Positions 28,641-42,960 of a stretch of DNA of 64,000 nt are shown piece after piece. The notes under the pieces were generated by a model that saw nothing but the letters and a program-made list of their open reading frames with translations, was not told where the DNA came from and made no database searches. Positions within the stretch are counted from its first letter, which is position 1; every line of letters begins with the position of its first letter. The stretch comes from Eledone cirrhosa (lineage: Eukaryota). The stretch is from NCBI GenBank assembly GCA_964016885.1, contig OZ024745.1, forward strand, positions 27,838,001-27,902,000, written 5' to 3'. Made by a program: the position numbers and the translations under genes.

Positions 28641-28850
28641 GGGAGGAGGATTAGCAGAACCATTAGAGTGTCGGACAACATGTTTTGAGGCATTTAGTTA
28701 CAGTCCTTTACGTCCTCGTTTCAAATCCCACCGAGGTCACTTTTGCCTTTCGTCCATCCAGGTTCGTTAAAATGTAGTACCAGTAAGTACCAGGGTCTAA
28801 TTAATCGGCTTTCCTCTCCTCACAAATTGCTGGTCTTGTTAGAAATCGTA
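28641..28850 (+). mobile_element. tRNA-derived SINE, older copy
   Basis: ttagcagaaccattagagtgtcggac...tttcaaatcccaccgaggtcac...caaattgctgg. Confidence 0.8.
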
Positions 28851-28854
28851 ATTT

Positions 28855-28925
28855 AGCCTTAAGTCAACCATAATCGAGCAGACATATTATCAAAGGATTC
28901 CTGTCGTGATTATCCTGTCTTTTTA
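28855..28925 (+). mobile_element. Second interspersed repeat family (atcgagcagac..atcaaagg..ttccagccgtgaccatc / ttggctgctatttctagc); other fragments near 1950, 2200-2340, 27850-27925, 28110, 29650-29790(-), 30215-30390, 32050-32190, 43010-43180
   Basis: Recurring degenerate motifs seen by eye. Family not named. Confidence 0.55.
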
Positions 28926-29787
28926 GGTGGTGGTCTGTAGGATTTGGTTGCCTTTAACGAAGTCCACTCTAAAACAGTTTTTGATATGCGTTATTTTATT
29001 TTGTCCCCTTTTCCTCACGAATATCGGGAGCCATGCTAAGGTCTTGAGTTTTGTGTTTCTTCCTCCTCGTCGTCTGGTAAAACTATGTAAAAAAAAACAG
29101 ACATTGTCTTTCCCTTTCTCTTGACACTCGATCGAAGGACAAAAGTTCCAAATGTTAAATTCTACAGTCATTACAGCAATAGAACCTATTAAAACTCTTT
29201 TAAGTGGTTTCATATAACACATTATTTGGCTGCTAGTTTTTACAAACTGGGCCGTAGTGGTTCTTCCTTCATCTTCTCATATGACCAGGATTTTATTTGT
29301 TATAGCTTTAAGGTGTATACCAATCTATTCTCCAGTGGGAATTACAAGATCTAGATATATTACATCACTATCTTTTATCTCTATTACCAGCTATTCATGT
29401 CCTTTTAGCAGAGACCCCTCTGTTGCAAGTACTGAAGCCACGTCTTTGACCTAAATACAATTTCTTACCTTCCTCCAGCCAATCACGAAAGCCATGAATA
29501 TTGTCATCCTGACGTTTATCTTCATATTCCGATTAAATCATAAAGATACCTTTTATAAAGGTATGTTATTCCTGTGTTATAATGGTTATGCCATCAGTGT
29601 GATACATCTACTCTACGTGGTCCATCAAAATGTATAGTAAACACATCTCACCTTAAATCATAGCCTACTGTTTTAAAGAAAGAATGAGTTATCGGATAAC
29701 GTAGTCCACTCTAAAGAATTAGAAACTGGATGACCGTCGTTAAAATATCTTTGATATGTCTGCTTCATCATGACTAGCCAAGTGTTG

Positions 29788-29834
<47 letters not shown>

Positions 29835-31830
29835 CGGTCACGTCACTATGAAAACCATTGCCTTAACATAACGGGGTTAATTGATTATGAGGAGAAAATT
29901 AACTCTGCGTGTGTGTGCATGGTTATGTAACAGAGTAATTGTGCGTGTGTGTGCATGTATGGCACGGCGAATACATGTGTGCATGCGTAGATCTGTGTGA
30001 AACAGCGAGCGTGAGAGAGACAGGGAAAATGTAAGTGTGTGTGTGTTTGTAAAGATGTGATGTATCTGCCTCTGTGTGTTAACAAATGTCAGCTATGTGA
30101 TTGATGTATATTTTCTCGTTGCTACTGTTACTGACTTTGCTACTGTTGTTGCTGTTGTTGCTGCTGTTACTGTTGTTGATGCTGCTACTGCTGCTGTGGT
30201 TGTCGTTGTTTAGTTCAACTTTGTTCAAGCAAGCCTATGAATAAAAGGCATTCAAGCAGTGACCATTTCGTCTTTGTTTTCTGACTGAATGTATTTAAGT
30301 TAATATATCATACCATGTGTCGTTTTTGTTAAAACAATACACTGGGATTCGATGTAGATTCAGCTGATATTTCTAGCTGGTTGAATGACCTGGTACCACC
30401 TTCCTAGCTGTGTAAGTTCGTGATGAAACAAACGAGTCTCAATGAATTTACTAATTGTCTATGACTGGTTAGTTCGTTACTGAAACTAGGCATAAAATGA
30501 GATTTTCTGTGAAATTCATACTGAATTACTTGAAATTATCTTCCCTTTGATTTGAGAATCGCTAACAATTGTCGCTAGGTTTTTTTGTTTTCTTTCTCTA
30601 AAAAAAACGCTTCGGAACTTTGCGTACAATATTCAGAACATTACCACTTAAATGAATATCTCAGTAGCACAGCCTACTACAATCGTAACTCACAATCGCG
30701 TACAAATTGGTAGTATTTACCATGCCTTCTCTTAGGGGTTTCGGTGCCTATGCAATCATCAACAGACACCGTCTGGATATATTTTCCTTTCACCGAAAGG
30801 AGCATGCAGGATGTGACAAATGGAAGGAGAGGGGGATGCAGTAATACTGGGCAGGGAATTTCTTTAAAGATTCCGAAATGTTGAAAGGAAAAGTAGATCT
30901 CTGGTATTTGAACTGAGGGTACAGAGCGCTGAAACAAATAACCAGCGCTCTAGCGACTCTCTCAAATAGCACAGTCTACCTTGGTATAAACAAATCCTAT
31001 GTGTTGGTACAGCTACGTTAGCCAGTGAGATATTTTGTCCAGAGTTTTCATTGTTCTATGAAGTCTAAGACATATCACATAAAGTCAAACTTTTCATTTA
31101 GTAACACAATGACCTTCAAGTGATTATAATGGTGATGATGGTGGTGGTGGTTCTGATGACGTTGATGCTGGAGTTGGTGGTGGAAGTGGTGATGATGGCG
31201 GTGATGGAGGTGGTGGTGATGGTGGTGGTGGTGGTGGATGGAGGTGGTGATGATGGCGGTGATGGAGGTGGTGGTTTTGGTGGTGGGGGTGGGGGGGGGG
31301 GGTGCATGTGGTGGTGATGGTGGTGATGTTTGTGGTAGTTGTAGTTGTGGTGGTAGTGTTGGTGCAAGAGTCCCTTATAGATTTATTGATACATGTGCAG
31401 TAATCTGCATTATAAAGAATACTAAAGTAAAACTTTTTTTAAGCTGGTGTCTTTAAAAGAGCTGAGATAAATCTGGTGTAACAAAAGTAAACTTTATGGA
31501 TCGATATATCGATAGCATTTAACCATATTAAAGTATTGAAAGTGAGCCAACTTCTCAGAAGCCGATACAACGACCAGATTTCTATTTTCGTTTATAGTCC
31601 ATTATGAGAAGCATGACCTGGTCATCACACATTTCTATTCTCTGTCTCTCCGTCCTATACATTTGCTACCTTGCACTAAAGTCAATGTCAAATGAGAATT
31701 ATAATAATGCGGACGTGATATTTAGCTCTATCTCAATGAGCAGATATATAACCAAATATAAGACTGTTGTAGTTTGCTTGAAGTATTATGTAAAGTGTAG
31801 AAAATAGTATTTTGTTTGAAAGCTACCACG

Positions 31831-32019
31831 ATGTGAATTGAATGATAAATGTTAAGCTTAAAAGCGACCAAAAATATGCAGCGTTGAATTAGTTTCTACT
31901 ACTAATCGTTTGATGAAGGTACTTTATTCCGAAATATAAGGACCTATAAAGAACTGCAAGGTAACACCCTAACATCATTGTTATCATCATATGTTTAACA
32001 TTTACCGTCCAATTCACAT
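31831..32019. mobile_element. Palindromic MITE-like element, deleted copy
   Basis: Ends atgtgaattgaatgataaatgttaa / ttaacatttaccgtccaattcacat. Internal sequence matches the arms of 57804-58144. Confidence 0.65.
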
Positions 32020-32659
32020 TGTGTAGCCTTCAAATAAAACACTATAATAAAATGTTTCATCAGTGGCCATCTTGTCTTTTATTCAGGCAAAGTGTATATA
32101 TGACTTGACTTTTATTTAAGATAGGCCGGAATGATTTGAAGAAGATTTGGCTGCTCTTTTGTTTGCAAGTCGTGTGACCGGAAAGAAACTCCCTTATTGC
32201 TTTATGCTGAATCGTTGTGGTCGTTTAGTCCCAGGACAACAGCTCCCCATCCATCATCCCTCACCAAACCCACGTTGCTTTAGTCGACATAGTTTACTCA
32301 GGATCACATTACACAATGTAGCCAATATGCTATATCTATCAGGTTGATTGATCGCAAAGAGAACTCTGAAGGGAAACAAACTATTGAAAAGAGAATTAAA
32401 AACCTGATTTCGATTCTCTATTTCTTTCTCCCATTCTTTCTTTCTTTTTTATCTCTTTTTTCTCTTTGTTTTCTTTCTTTATTTCTCTCATTCTACGCTA
32501 GCAAGCCAATGTCCAACGCCTGGCGACCTTCATGAGAAGCGTTATAATCTAGTCATGGACTTTTCACAAGAGAAAATAAAAGTGCTTTCCCGTTTACATG
32601 CTTCGGCTATTTTGTTTTCTACAAGATGCCATATTGCTGGCTAGATATAAAAAAAATTT

Positions 32660-32890
32660 GTGACACTCAGAACGTAAAGAGACGGAATAAATACTTAAAA
32701 TATTTTTACACAAATTTCTAACAATGCCACCGATCTTCGCCATGAACGGGCACTTTATTTCCTCGACCCTTAAATTATAAAAGGCAAAGTGAACCTCGTC
32801 GGATTTTAAATTCTTAAAGAGGCGGAATAAAAAATATCATAAGGGGTTTCGTCCGACACTCTAACGGTTTTGTGTATTCAACTCCTTCGT
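32660..32890 (-). mobile_element. Two degenerate SINE fragments
   Basis: actcagaacgtaaagag; aaaggcaaagtgaacctcgtcggattt; gtccgacactctaacg. Confidence 0.7.
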
Positions 32891-33863
32891 TTATTATTTG
32901 TAAAATAATCCACCTGTCTAACGCTAGCAATCTGAAGTTCTGTAGGTTATCTAAAATTTATATAACTGATGGGATGTTACGATATATATTGTGAGGTGAA
33001 AAACAGACCCTTCAATGGGCAAAGAAACTCAGAAAAAGGTAGACAGAGCTCGTTACTCTTGGTTAGCAATCTGTCCAGGGGTGATGATTGCGTGTGTGTG
33101 GCACAGAAAAAGACCGAGAGGAACAAATATAGGTAGAGAGAAAAAGCTTCAGCTAATGACAGAGCATTCAGAGGTAGATGTATATGTACTTTTCATGTTT
33201 CTGAATCTTTCCCCACTAGCACTCCAATAGAACAGTCACTCTTTCTTCGTATCTTTTTATCTAAAAAATCCCAATTTACTGATTTAGGAAAAAAAAGTTT
33301 CAAAATATATTTGTTACGGAATAGGCTGTCATCTATTTCTATCTTTGTGCTAAATTCTGTTAGAATTCGTCGATAAATAACGATGTTGTTTCAAGACAAA
33401 CACATATACGGCTGTCTTCCCTGGTGTTGGTCTGTAGTTGGTTTATGGAATATAGGAATGCAGGACACGGGTTGGTTTAGCGGGCATTATGAGTGCAGGA
33501 GAGCAGTTAGTTAAACATGGTATTTTCTGTATACGGTCTTATTTACACACATAGACTAAATTGTCTAGTCCTAAATATGGTGACTTGAGTGGCAAAATTC
33601 CAAGCTATTGAGTGTATCTTGGGGACACTCTTTATAGTTTTTCAAATCTAGTAAGCAAGAAAGAGAAACTTTTTCATCAATGGATATGGTATATATGCAT
33701 ATAAATGCATTTGCGTGCATATGTATGTAAATTTATGTATGTGTGTATGTATATATGTATCTATGCATGTATATATATATATATATGTATATAAATTCAT
33801 ATATATGTATATGCATATATATCCATATCTCTATATATTTATTTATCTCTATTTCTCTCTTTT

Positions 33864-33930
<67 letters not shown>

Positions 33931-33934
33931 ATAT

Positions 33935-33994
33935 AAAGATACGCCCCAGCATGGCCTCAGCCGGATGGCTGGAACAGGTAAAAGAGTAAAAGAG

Positions 33995-33996
<2 letters not shown>
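33935..33996 (+). mobile_element. Isolated SINE 3' tail inserted in (TA)n
   Basis: gccccagcatggcc..cag....ggctggaacaggtaaaagagtaaaagag, ending in a tandem aaaagagt. Recalled as typical of octopus SINE 3' ends. Confidence 0.55.
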
Positions 33997-34046
<50 letters not shown>

Positions 34047-34279
34047 CGTTTTTCATTTTAATTAATCTGTTTGATTATAATGTATTTCCTGTACCTCTCG
34101 GAGTTTTTATGCTTTTCATTCTAGTGGTAATATACCCTCTGTAATCAAAACACATTCTTTTCGTCTATTCTCTCCTCTCTATATTATATTTTGAAGAGTC
34201 CGGAAAAATTTCCTTGAGCTCATTAAACTATTGATGAGCTCAAGGATTAACTCGAGTCCTTTACTCCGTTGCGAGATAC

Positions 34280-34504
34280 GTATATGTATGTAAGCATGTA
34301 TGTATGTATGTATGTATGTATGTATGTATGTATGTATGTATGTATGTATGTATGTATGTACGTATGTACGTATGTATGTATGTATGTATGTATGTATGTA
34401 TGTATGTATGTATGTATGTATCATGCATGTATGTATGTATGTATGTATGTATGTATGTATGTATGTACGTATGTATGTACGTATGTATGTACGTATGTAT
34501 GTAT
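34280..34504. repeat. (TATG)n tetranucleotide microsatellite
   Basis: Direct reading. Confidence 0.95.
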
Positions 34505-35106
34505 CTGTGCGTTTCCCATGTTACTTCATCGCATTAAATAGTTTCTCCAATTAACATGATTTGTTTAACTATTTCAATATAAACTGCATTAATACTTTGC
34601 ATATTTGACTTAATTCTCCTTTCTAACACTTCTCATCCCCCGCTCTCTTCCTTGCTCCTTCCCACTATCTTTCTCGCCATCTCTGTAAATTCACATTGAT
34701 ATTTAATGTACTATAATAACGGTTTCAAGGGAAACCTGAGATGTGTGATCAGGGTGCATTTATACCACACGCCGTACAGCAGCAGCAATAACAACAGTAT
34801 TTACAACACCAACAGTATCTACAACACCAACAGTATCTACAACACCACATCGCCAGCAGCAACAGCAGCAACAACAACAACAACACTACAACGACAGGAG
34901 CAGTAACAGCAGCCGCAATAGTAGCATTCAATTTTTTTTATTTTTCAGTGCATATATTATGGAAATATTTGTTTTCCAGCTATACAAAATTATAGATACA
35001 ACGGAATATTGAGTGGAAGAATATTAATTAAATTACATAAGTACAAACAGCGCTGTTAGTGTTATTATAAGCAATGGCTAAAGTTTTTAACAATTACAGG
35101 ATATTC

Positions 35107-35293
35107 GGTGGATTGGAAGTATCGGTAGAGGGTCGGACGCCATGCTTTGACGCATTAAGTTACGGCCCTTGCCATTCTGAGTTCAAATCCCGCCGAGGTA
35201 AACTTTGCCTTTCATCCTTACGGGGTCGATAAAATAAAGTACCAGTAATGTACTGGGTAATTGCTGGCCCTGTGCCTAAAGTAGAAACAATTA
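35107..35293 (+). mobile_element. tRNA-derived SINE (short-tail variant)
   Basis: A box, B box gttcaaatcc, core and tail intact. Confidence 0.9.
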
Positions 35294-35405
35294 TTTTATA
35301 CAAAGTGAAAACGTGCAAATGTAAATACAATGCTTACATGTGAGAAATCTTTCACGTGTATTGATATATCTACACACACAACACACACACACACCACACA
35401 TATAT

Positions 35406-35458
<53 letters not shown>

Positions 35459-35484
35459 TATATATATATATGTATATATATATA

Positions 35485-35519
<35 letters not shown>

Positions 35520-35821
35520 GCATATATGCTAATTCCTCGATATTTTGCTCCTCTTCTTAACAACCCCTTACATACCCACCTTTACTGTCATCAACTGCTA
35601 GATCCTTATAATATTTGAACCCTATTGCCGCTGACCCAATTCATCTATTTCAACTGACCCAGCCTTAAAAACTATTTTATGGCAATGTCCATTATCTCTT
35701 TCTTTTTCTTCCCCACTATCATTACCATCCTATCCACTTTATCCTAATTCTTCTCGTCAATTAATGGCCATCCCTCCCGAGTCTTTCCGTATTTGTTTTG
35801 TCTCTGCTATTGGACTTTTAT

Positions 35822-35871
35822 TCTTGCCTGATGACCCTGTGATAATCAGGCCAAACTCCAGAGTAACAAGA
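35822..35871 (+). ncRNA. Degenerate minimal hammerhead at end of PLE-like fragment (35530-35905)
   Basis: tcttgc-CTGATGA-c-cctg-tgataat-cagg-c-cAAA-ctc-ca-gag-TA-acaaga. G12 is mutated to C. Followed by (TA)n. Confidence 0.55.
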
Positions 35872-35907
35872 CTCATCATTTAGCCGTAACAAAATGAATA
35901 TATCGAT

Positions 35908-36038
<131 letters not shown>

Positions 36039-36277
36039 AATGAGTTATTTGGTTTGTTGATTATTCAACAAAGTTACTTTTACAACAGATTAGAAGCACC
36101 CAACATATTTTTAAAGGAGTAATCATTAATATAAATAATATTAATAAATGGAAAATATCTTTATAAAGCCATATTTCAAGGGTACTCATATTTAAGTACG
36201 CTTGCGTCAGATAACATATAATAATTGGTGTAAAGATAGTGACATATAGTGATATACATATATATATATACATATAT

Positions 36278-36361
<84 letters not shown>

Positions 36362-36408
36362 TTCCAAGGTTTTTTATATGAAATCGTGTCGAAACAAATA
36401 TTGTTTGT

Positions 36409-36557
36409 TATACTTGGGGATGGTCATATTTGTGTAATAATATTGCCAAAATTAATAACAGAACACAATAATAGAACTTAGAAGGCCAAGGCTAAACAGA
36501 AAAAATGAATGGAATAACAACAATACCCAAACAAACAACACTGACCTAAGAGAAGTA

Positions 36558-36588
<31 letters not shown>

Positions 36589-37057
36589 ATACATACAAGC
36601 ACAATAACAACAAACACATAAACGCACACTAGTAAACTAAGATAGAATACATTAACCAATACACAGTCACCCAAACAAGAACACACATCAAACAAAACAC
36701 TATACACACACGCAAACGCATGCGCAGAGAGAAGACAAAAAATAAACAAATAAATAAATAAATAAACAGACTAAATAAAGATGGCGTAGGCATACAATGC
36801 AACGGGAGGAAACATAATAGCACCACTGACGATGTTGCAGATGTGCAACGAAAGAACTTTGCTAGACTATATATATGTGTTTGTGTCTATATTGTATCTG
36901 TATTTTTGACCGTTAGTCAGTCAATGGCAACATTGAGGACCGAATAAATTAAATTAACCGATATAAAAGACACAGAAGCGAAAACCAACCAAACAGTGAG
37001 TGTGTTCTGTTATTAATTCTGGCAATATTACACAAATATCACCCTCCCCAAGTATAT
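36409..37057. mobile_element. PLE-like fold-back: ~58-bp inverted arms (36409-36467 / 37001-37057) enclosing a degenerate hammerhead (36818-36864)
   Basis: The arms are reverse complements. Motif: tagca-cca-CTGACGA-t-gttgca-gatg-tgcaac-GAAA-gaac-tt-tgcta. Confidence 0.6.
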
Positions 37058-37376
37058 AGTGTGTATGAAATGCAAACTAACAGTGAAGTAATTAGGATCA
37101 AACACTGTATATGCTCCCCATTCCAATGTTCACCAGTATACGTTCAATAATTATAATAATGAAAAGGCAAGATTTTCATATTCATTTTACTACGTATTTC
37201 TATGGCGTTACGAATTACACGACTTCTTCAAACAGCATCCTGGGTAAAACATTTACTATGTAATATATTCCTAATGCAATACTAGTTATTGATAAGACAA
37301 CGGACTTGATTTTGTCCTTTCAAAAGATGGTCTCCAGCATTGTATATATTTATATATATATATATAATATATATTA

Positions 37377-37435
<59 letters not shown>

Positions 37436-38359
37436 CATATGTATATATATCCAGTGTGCATAATTGTGAAAAATAACGATTCCTTGTTTACAACTTTTTA
37501 TGTGAAGAAGCTTGAATCTGTACGTTTTTTTTTTCTTCGTAAACTTAAAAGTGACATCTTCTTCCTTCTCTTTCCTCTCCTCCTCCTCCTCCCTCTACCT
37601 CTTCCTTCTCCTCCTTCTCCTCCTCCTTCATCTCAATTTCTTCTGCTCCTCAGTAGCAGCACCAGCAATACTACTAGTTTGTGTGTGTGTATAACTGTCG
37701 TAGATTAACCAATCATAACGTAGCATTTAGCTTTTAATTTATCTTCTCATAACTTCAATTTTACCTACTGCACGCAAAGCTATCTATTTTGCATGGATTT
37801 GAAATGCAGCTGCACGTGAAAATACATGGATGCTGCATGTTGCACTCATATCAGAATGTTTGTACTCACGTTCATGTAAGCCCAACTGCTGATTGTACCT
37901 TGCTATGAATTTAACCTTTCTAAACTGTCATAAAGAACACGTGTATGTATGTAAGTATGTATGCATGTATGTATGTATGTATGTATGTATGTATGTATGT
38001 ATGTATGTATGTGTATGAATGTATTTATGAATGTGTAATGTATGCATATTTCCATGTATGTGTTTGTATGCATACATGTAAATATGGATGTATGAGTGTA
38101 TAATATGTATGCAAATATGTATGTATGCATGTATGAGAATATGAATGCACATATTTAATTATTTATGAATACATATATATACAATACATAAACAGAGAAA
38201 GCCTTAAGCGATACTCCGACCAACTCCATTTCACTCAACAAACATTAGGATATACTTAAGTATTATCCCAATTTAGTGTTTGGGGTTCTAACTAATCAGT
38301 ATTTCGTGGATAGCTGGTTGTATTATTTTATATGAGACATTATTAAATAAATATCTCTT

Positions 38360-38492
38360 TCCTTGCAGACGGCCGTTTCGTTATAAGATTTCTACAATTT
38401 GGGATAAATAATTTCCAGGTTATGTAGAAACTTGTATATAATCCATAGTTTTATACACAAGCGGGCGCTTATAAACTCATCAGTGGATGCCC
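38360..38492 (-). ncRNA. Hammerhead ribozyme motif with long branched stem II, within PLE-like fragment 38190-38795
   Basis: Minus strand: gggcatcca-CTGATGA-gtttataag...cttataac-GAAAC-GGCC-GTC-tg. The core is intact but the 3' strand of stem I is eroded. Confidence 0.65.
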
Positions 38493-39071
38493 AAATAATA
38501 TCGATATAAAAATCATATCGACATTAACAGAATGGTGATGGTCTCCCTCGGCGCTAAGAAGAGACTGGTAGATTAGAATCCAGCAGTTCTCCCAAAGATA
38601 AAATACACGCTGTCCCCAAAAGGGTAAAGGGAGGTCATCTTAAAATAAAACAATATACACGCTGGTCATTTAAACCTGTTAGGTATTAACCACGTGTATA
38701 AGAACTCAATTGGAAATTAAAAGAATAACCATATGTATACACAACCAATGCACACACAGAGATATTAAAACATAATAAATACATGTATGGATCACCTATA
38801 TATATATATATATATAAGTCAAGATGGATACAGTAAGAAATTGTTTAGACCATTACTCACCAGAGTACTCGATACTTGGGATAGTAGAGTAGGGTTATAT
38901 GAAAAAGTTGGGAAAGGTGAAAATTAGCAGAGAACCTCGGATAGGATGATTTGCAGTATTTCTTCCGGCTCTCTGCATCTTGTGTTCAAATCTCGTCTAG
39001 GTCGATAAATAAAGTACAAATCCAACGCTGAGGCTGATGGCTCCGCCCCCTCTCTCTCACACACATCTTTT

Positions 39072-39109
<38 letters not shown>

Positions 39110-39301
39110 AAAGCGTCGGGGCTCCGGCGACTGAGCACTTGCCATTTCCACAGCTAGGTCCAGACTCTGTAACCATGTCCATGTCTATGTGCTGCCTTGG
39201 TCAACCATGCCATTCGCGAATTTGGGATCTGAGTCATCCTTCCTAAAGTATAACTATATCTGTTTCAACACATGTTTTATATACAAATCTCACAAAACGA
39301 A

Positions 39302-39790
<489 letters not shown>

Positions 39791-39795
39791 CTCTT

Positions 39796-39831
<36 letters not shown>

Positions 39832-40279
39832 CACACACATATATATATATATATACAACTTCAGTCTCTCTATAACAAGCAATGTAGTGTCCACTCATTC
39901 TAAATAAGGTTAGTGGAATATATACAAAAACAATTCACAGTAATACACAAAATAGAAATCTCATATTCTTCTTTTTATTTTTTATTCATTATTATTTCAT
40001 TCCTTATTATAATAATCATATTTATTATTATTATTACTCTTATTATTATTGATTGGTTTTTGTTTTCTACGTTTCATCAGCAAATTATACTGAATAGTGG
40101 CAGCGTCCATGCCGAAAAAAATTTTGTTGACCATTTTCATTTTCACAACCATTTTGCACAAAATTCAATTCTCTCACGCCATTTAAGAGTATAAGTATTT
40201 CAACATAAATAACCAATCTTGTTTATTATTCATGGATACTGTCTTTGAAACATTTTACTTATACAGTCTTTTATGTATA

Positions 40280-40866
40280 ACTAGCAGAATGGCCCGGCGT
40301 TGCTCGGGATTTTCTCTCGGGTTCTTAAAAATTTGATATATATTTATCCTTATCGAACCTCGTGAAATAAATACGTATGTTTATATTTTGTTATTGTATA
40401 TGCAAAAATATCTGTACATGAATATATAATTATATATATATATATTAAAATAACAGATTAAAATTTAAGCAAAGAATCGCTGCTTTCACCGTTAAAGGGA
40501 TCTTCTGAAAAAATCAATCTGTGAACGCAGAAATAAATATTTTGAAAAACGTTACACACTATATATATACACACACACACTGCGTCATAATGTCGTAATG
40601 CAGACAGCCAGACATACAGACAGATATTATAAGGGCACGACGTTGTAGCTATGTATCTATCTAAAAAGAAACAGACTAAGAATTATATAGAGAGATCGCT
40701 TTTTCGCCTAATGCTGTCCCTAGGTCATTGAAAATTTGAAATTTTCTTTGCTCAAAACACTCACAGGACCATAAGTATTACATGTGTAAAGTTTGAAAGT
40801 AATCGGTTGGGTGGTTCTGGGGTTTTAAGAAGTCAGACAGACATTCTCTGTTTTAAATATATAGAT
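40280..40866 (+). mobile_element. Non-autonomous rolling-circle element, Helentron/Lep1/DINE-like
   Basis: 5' end ACTAGcagaatggCCCGGCgttGCTCGGG hairpin. 3' end ..aagtttgaaagtaatcgg..ggttc..cagacagacatt..ttttaaatatatagat. An internal partial 3'-end-like copy lies at ~40600-40700. Confidence 0.65.
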
Positions 40867-41155
40867 TAGACGTTTTGCTGTTCATGTAATTTTTTTTTTT
40901 TATTTTGTGTGAAAATTCTTGCATGTTATTATGATTTTTTATATGCATTAGTAATAATGTTTTTTTTCTCTTCCTTTTTTAAAACATTTTTTTACTTTCC
41001 GAGAACAATATATTCTTTTCTCTGGATAAAGAAAATATAGAAATATACTTAGCTAAAAGGAAATATGATAGTTAGATATCACGAGGTGTTTTTATTCATA
41101 CGAATATATATCATAATCCGATACAATGAGATATCGAAGTTTGATATCCTGAAAT

Positions 41156-41760
41156 AATTGTTTCTACTTTTGGCACAAGGCCAGCAATTATCCCAGTGTA
41201 TTACTGGTACTTTATTTTATCGATCCCGTAAGGATGAAAGGCAAAGTTAACCTCGGTCTAATCACACATGTTGCAATAGAGAAGTTAGTTGTTAGATATA
41301 ACAGTTACATATTGATTTGTAATTTAAATACAAGGTCAGTTTTGTGAGGAGGAGGCAGTCGATTATATTGACCCCGGTACTTAACTTGTACTTTATTTTA
41401 TAGACCTCCCCCCACGAGAGGATGAAAGGCAAAGCTAACCACAGTAGAATTTGAGCTCAGAACGTAAAGAGCCATGATTCTATGCCGCGAAGCAGGGTAT
41501 CCGACGCTCTATCGATACTGCCAATCCACCACCCTATTTTGAAAATCCACCGATATTGCAAAATAATAATTTCTAATCTAGACTCAAGGTCGGCCATTTG
41601 TGTGAAGGAAACAGTCAATTATATCGACCTCAGTATTTGACTGGTACTTTATTTTATCAACCTTGGAAGGATGAAAAGCAAAGTTAGTCTCGGCGAGATT
41701 GAACTGAGAATGTAAAGTGCAGGAACAAATACCGCAAAGGATTTTAACCAACGTCCTATC
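41156..41760 (-). mobile_element. Cluster of three tandem SINE copies (41156-41257, 41328-41535, 41568-41760)
   Basis: Each contains the reverse-complement core gtactttattttat...ggatgaaa(g/a)gcaaag. Confidence 0.85.
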
Positions 41761-42159
41761 ATAGATATTACGATATACAATAGTTACATATGGTAATATA
41801 CTATTGATAGATATTTTGAGACATTGTAATCAAATATCGGGAAATAGTGTTATTAGATATCAAGATCTGTTGTTAAATAGATATTGCAAAATAATGTAGC
41901 GAGCTAACATGATATTGAGTAGTTAGACAAACATGAAATATTACAGTTAAATACGATGGACTTTTCAATATATAAACCAATCGTGGTATAATAGCACATT
42001 ATATCCAGAAATCTTACGTATATCTGCTTCAGATAAGAGAAGTGGGAGAGATAAGCAAAATATGTGAACAAGATGGTACGAGAGGTAGAAATACTGAGAA
42101 AGGGGAAAATGACAAACAGATAAAGAAATAGAAATATGTGTGATGAAATGTGTTGGATG

Positions 42160-42800
42160 AAAGTCATTCAGCGTTCCGTTTCATTAATTAAAATGGATCG
42201 ACCCCTACTACCTAAAATATCTGACATTTCCTGATATACTACATATTGTGAAAGTATTTGCCTCATCACTGCATTGAACATGATTTAAGACACTCTACTA
42301 GTTTTGAAATGGATTATATGTAACGTTGATGCACTATAGGTGGGGATTGCTAAGTGGTTCAATATATGTTGTCATTGCAACATGCAAGCTAAGCGTTCAA
42401 GCGAGGCTAGCAGATTTATTAAATTTCCCTTTGTGAGATTATTTGCTGATGACACTGACATAACAGGAGACCCCTTGCCAAGTAGTTTTATATTATAGAA
42501 AAGAAAAGCAGTATCAGATAATTATTTATACTACTTTACGTAAATTATCGAATATATTAGCTTGACAGCATAAGTATAGGATTCAGTGATTTTAGCATTA
42601 TTTACATTATATTCAAAAGCAAGCAAAGAAGAACATCTATTTAAGAAGGCCGTTTAAAAGTTTACTATGTAGACATTGAAGCGATATTCATTTCATATTG
42701 AGTTTGCTAGTTAAGCCAACATGTGTTCAGGCGAACCATAGCCATGGTTTCTATTTGACATTGTAACCATTTATACAACCTTGATAAAGGCATGGACATA
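42160..42800 (+). pseudogene. Highly decayed non-LTR reverse transcriptase remnant
   Basis: aga tta ttt gct gat gac act = RLFADDT at 42436-42456, with a possible (G)VP..PLL remnant ~250 bp upstream. No long ORF. Confidence 0.4.
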
Positions 42801-42826
42801 TTGTTTATTATCGTCTAAATATACAG

Positions 42827-42960
42827 AAGGCGCGTGGCCTAGTGGTTAGTGGTGTTGGACTTACGATCATGCGTTCGATTCCTGGATCGGGTTGTGTACT
42901 CTCAGTCACTTAACTCCAAGGAAGCCAAGATAAGCACCGTTTTAATGATCAACCGAACTT
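42827..42960 (+). mobile_element. Second tRNA-derived SINE family, head plus 3' part
   Basis: ggcgcgtggcctagtggttag (A box) and gttcgattcc (B box). actctcagtcacttaac..caaggaa matches 62235-62262. Confidence 0.7.

Noticed and set aside
31116-31367. His/Pro/Thr-rich ORF
   Set aside because: Degenerate (GGT/GAT)n microsatellite with no splice or homology support.
37185-37240. Minus-strand TTGAAGA...GAAATACGTA motif
   Set aside because: Poor stem II, no U16.1 and no stem I. At most a relic.
42827-42890. tRNA gene
   Set aside because: A and B boxes are present but there is no cloverleaf, and it continues into SINE body sequence.
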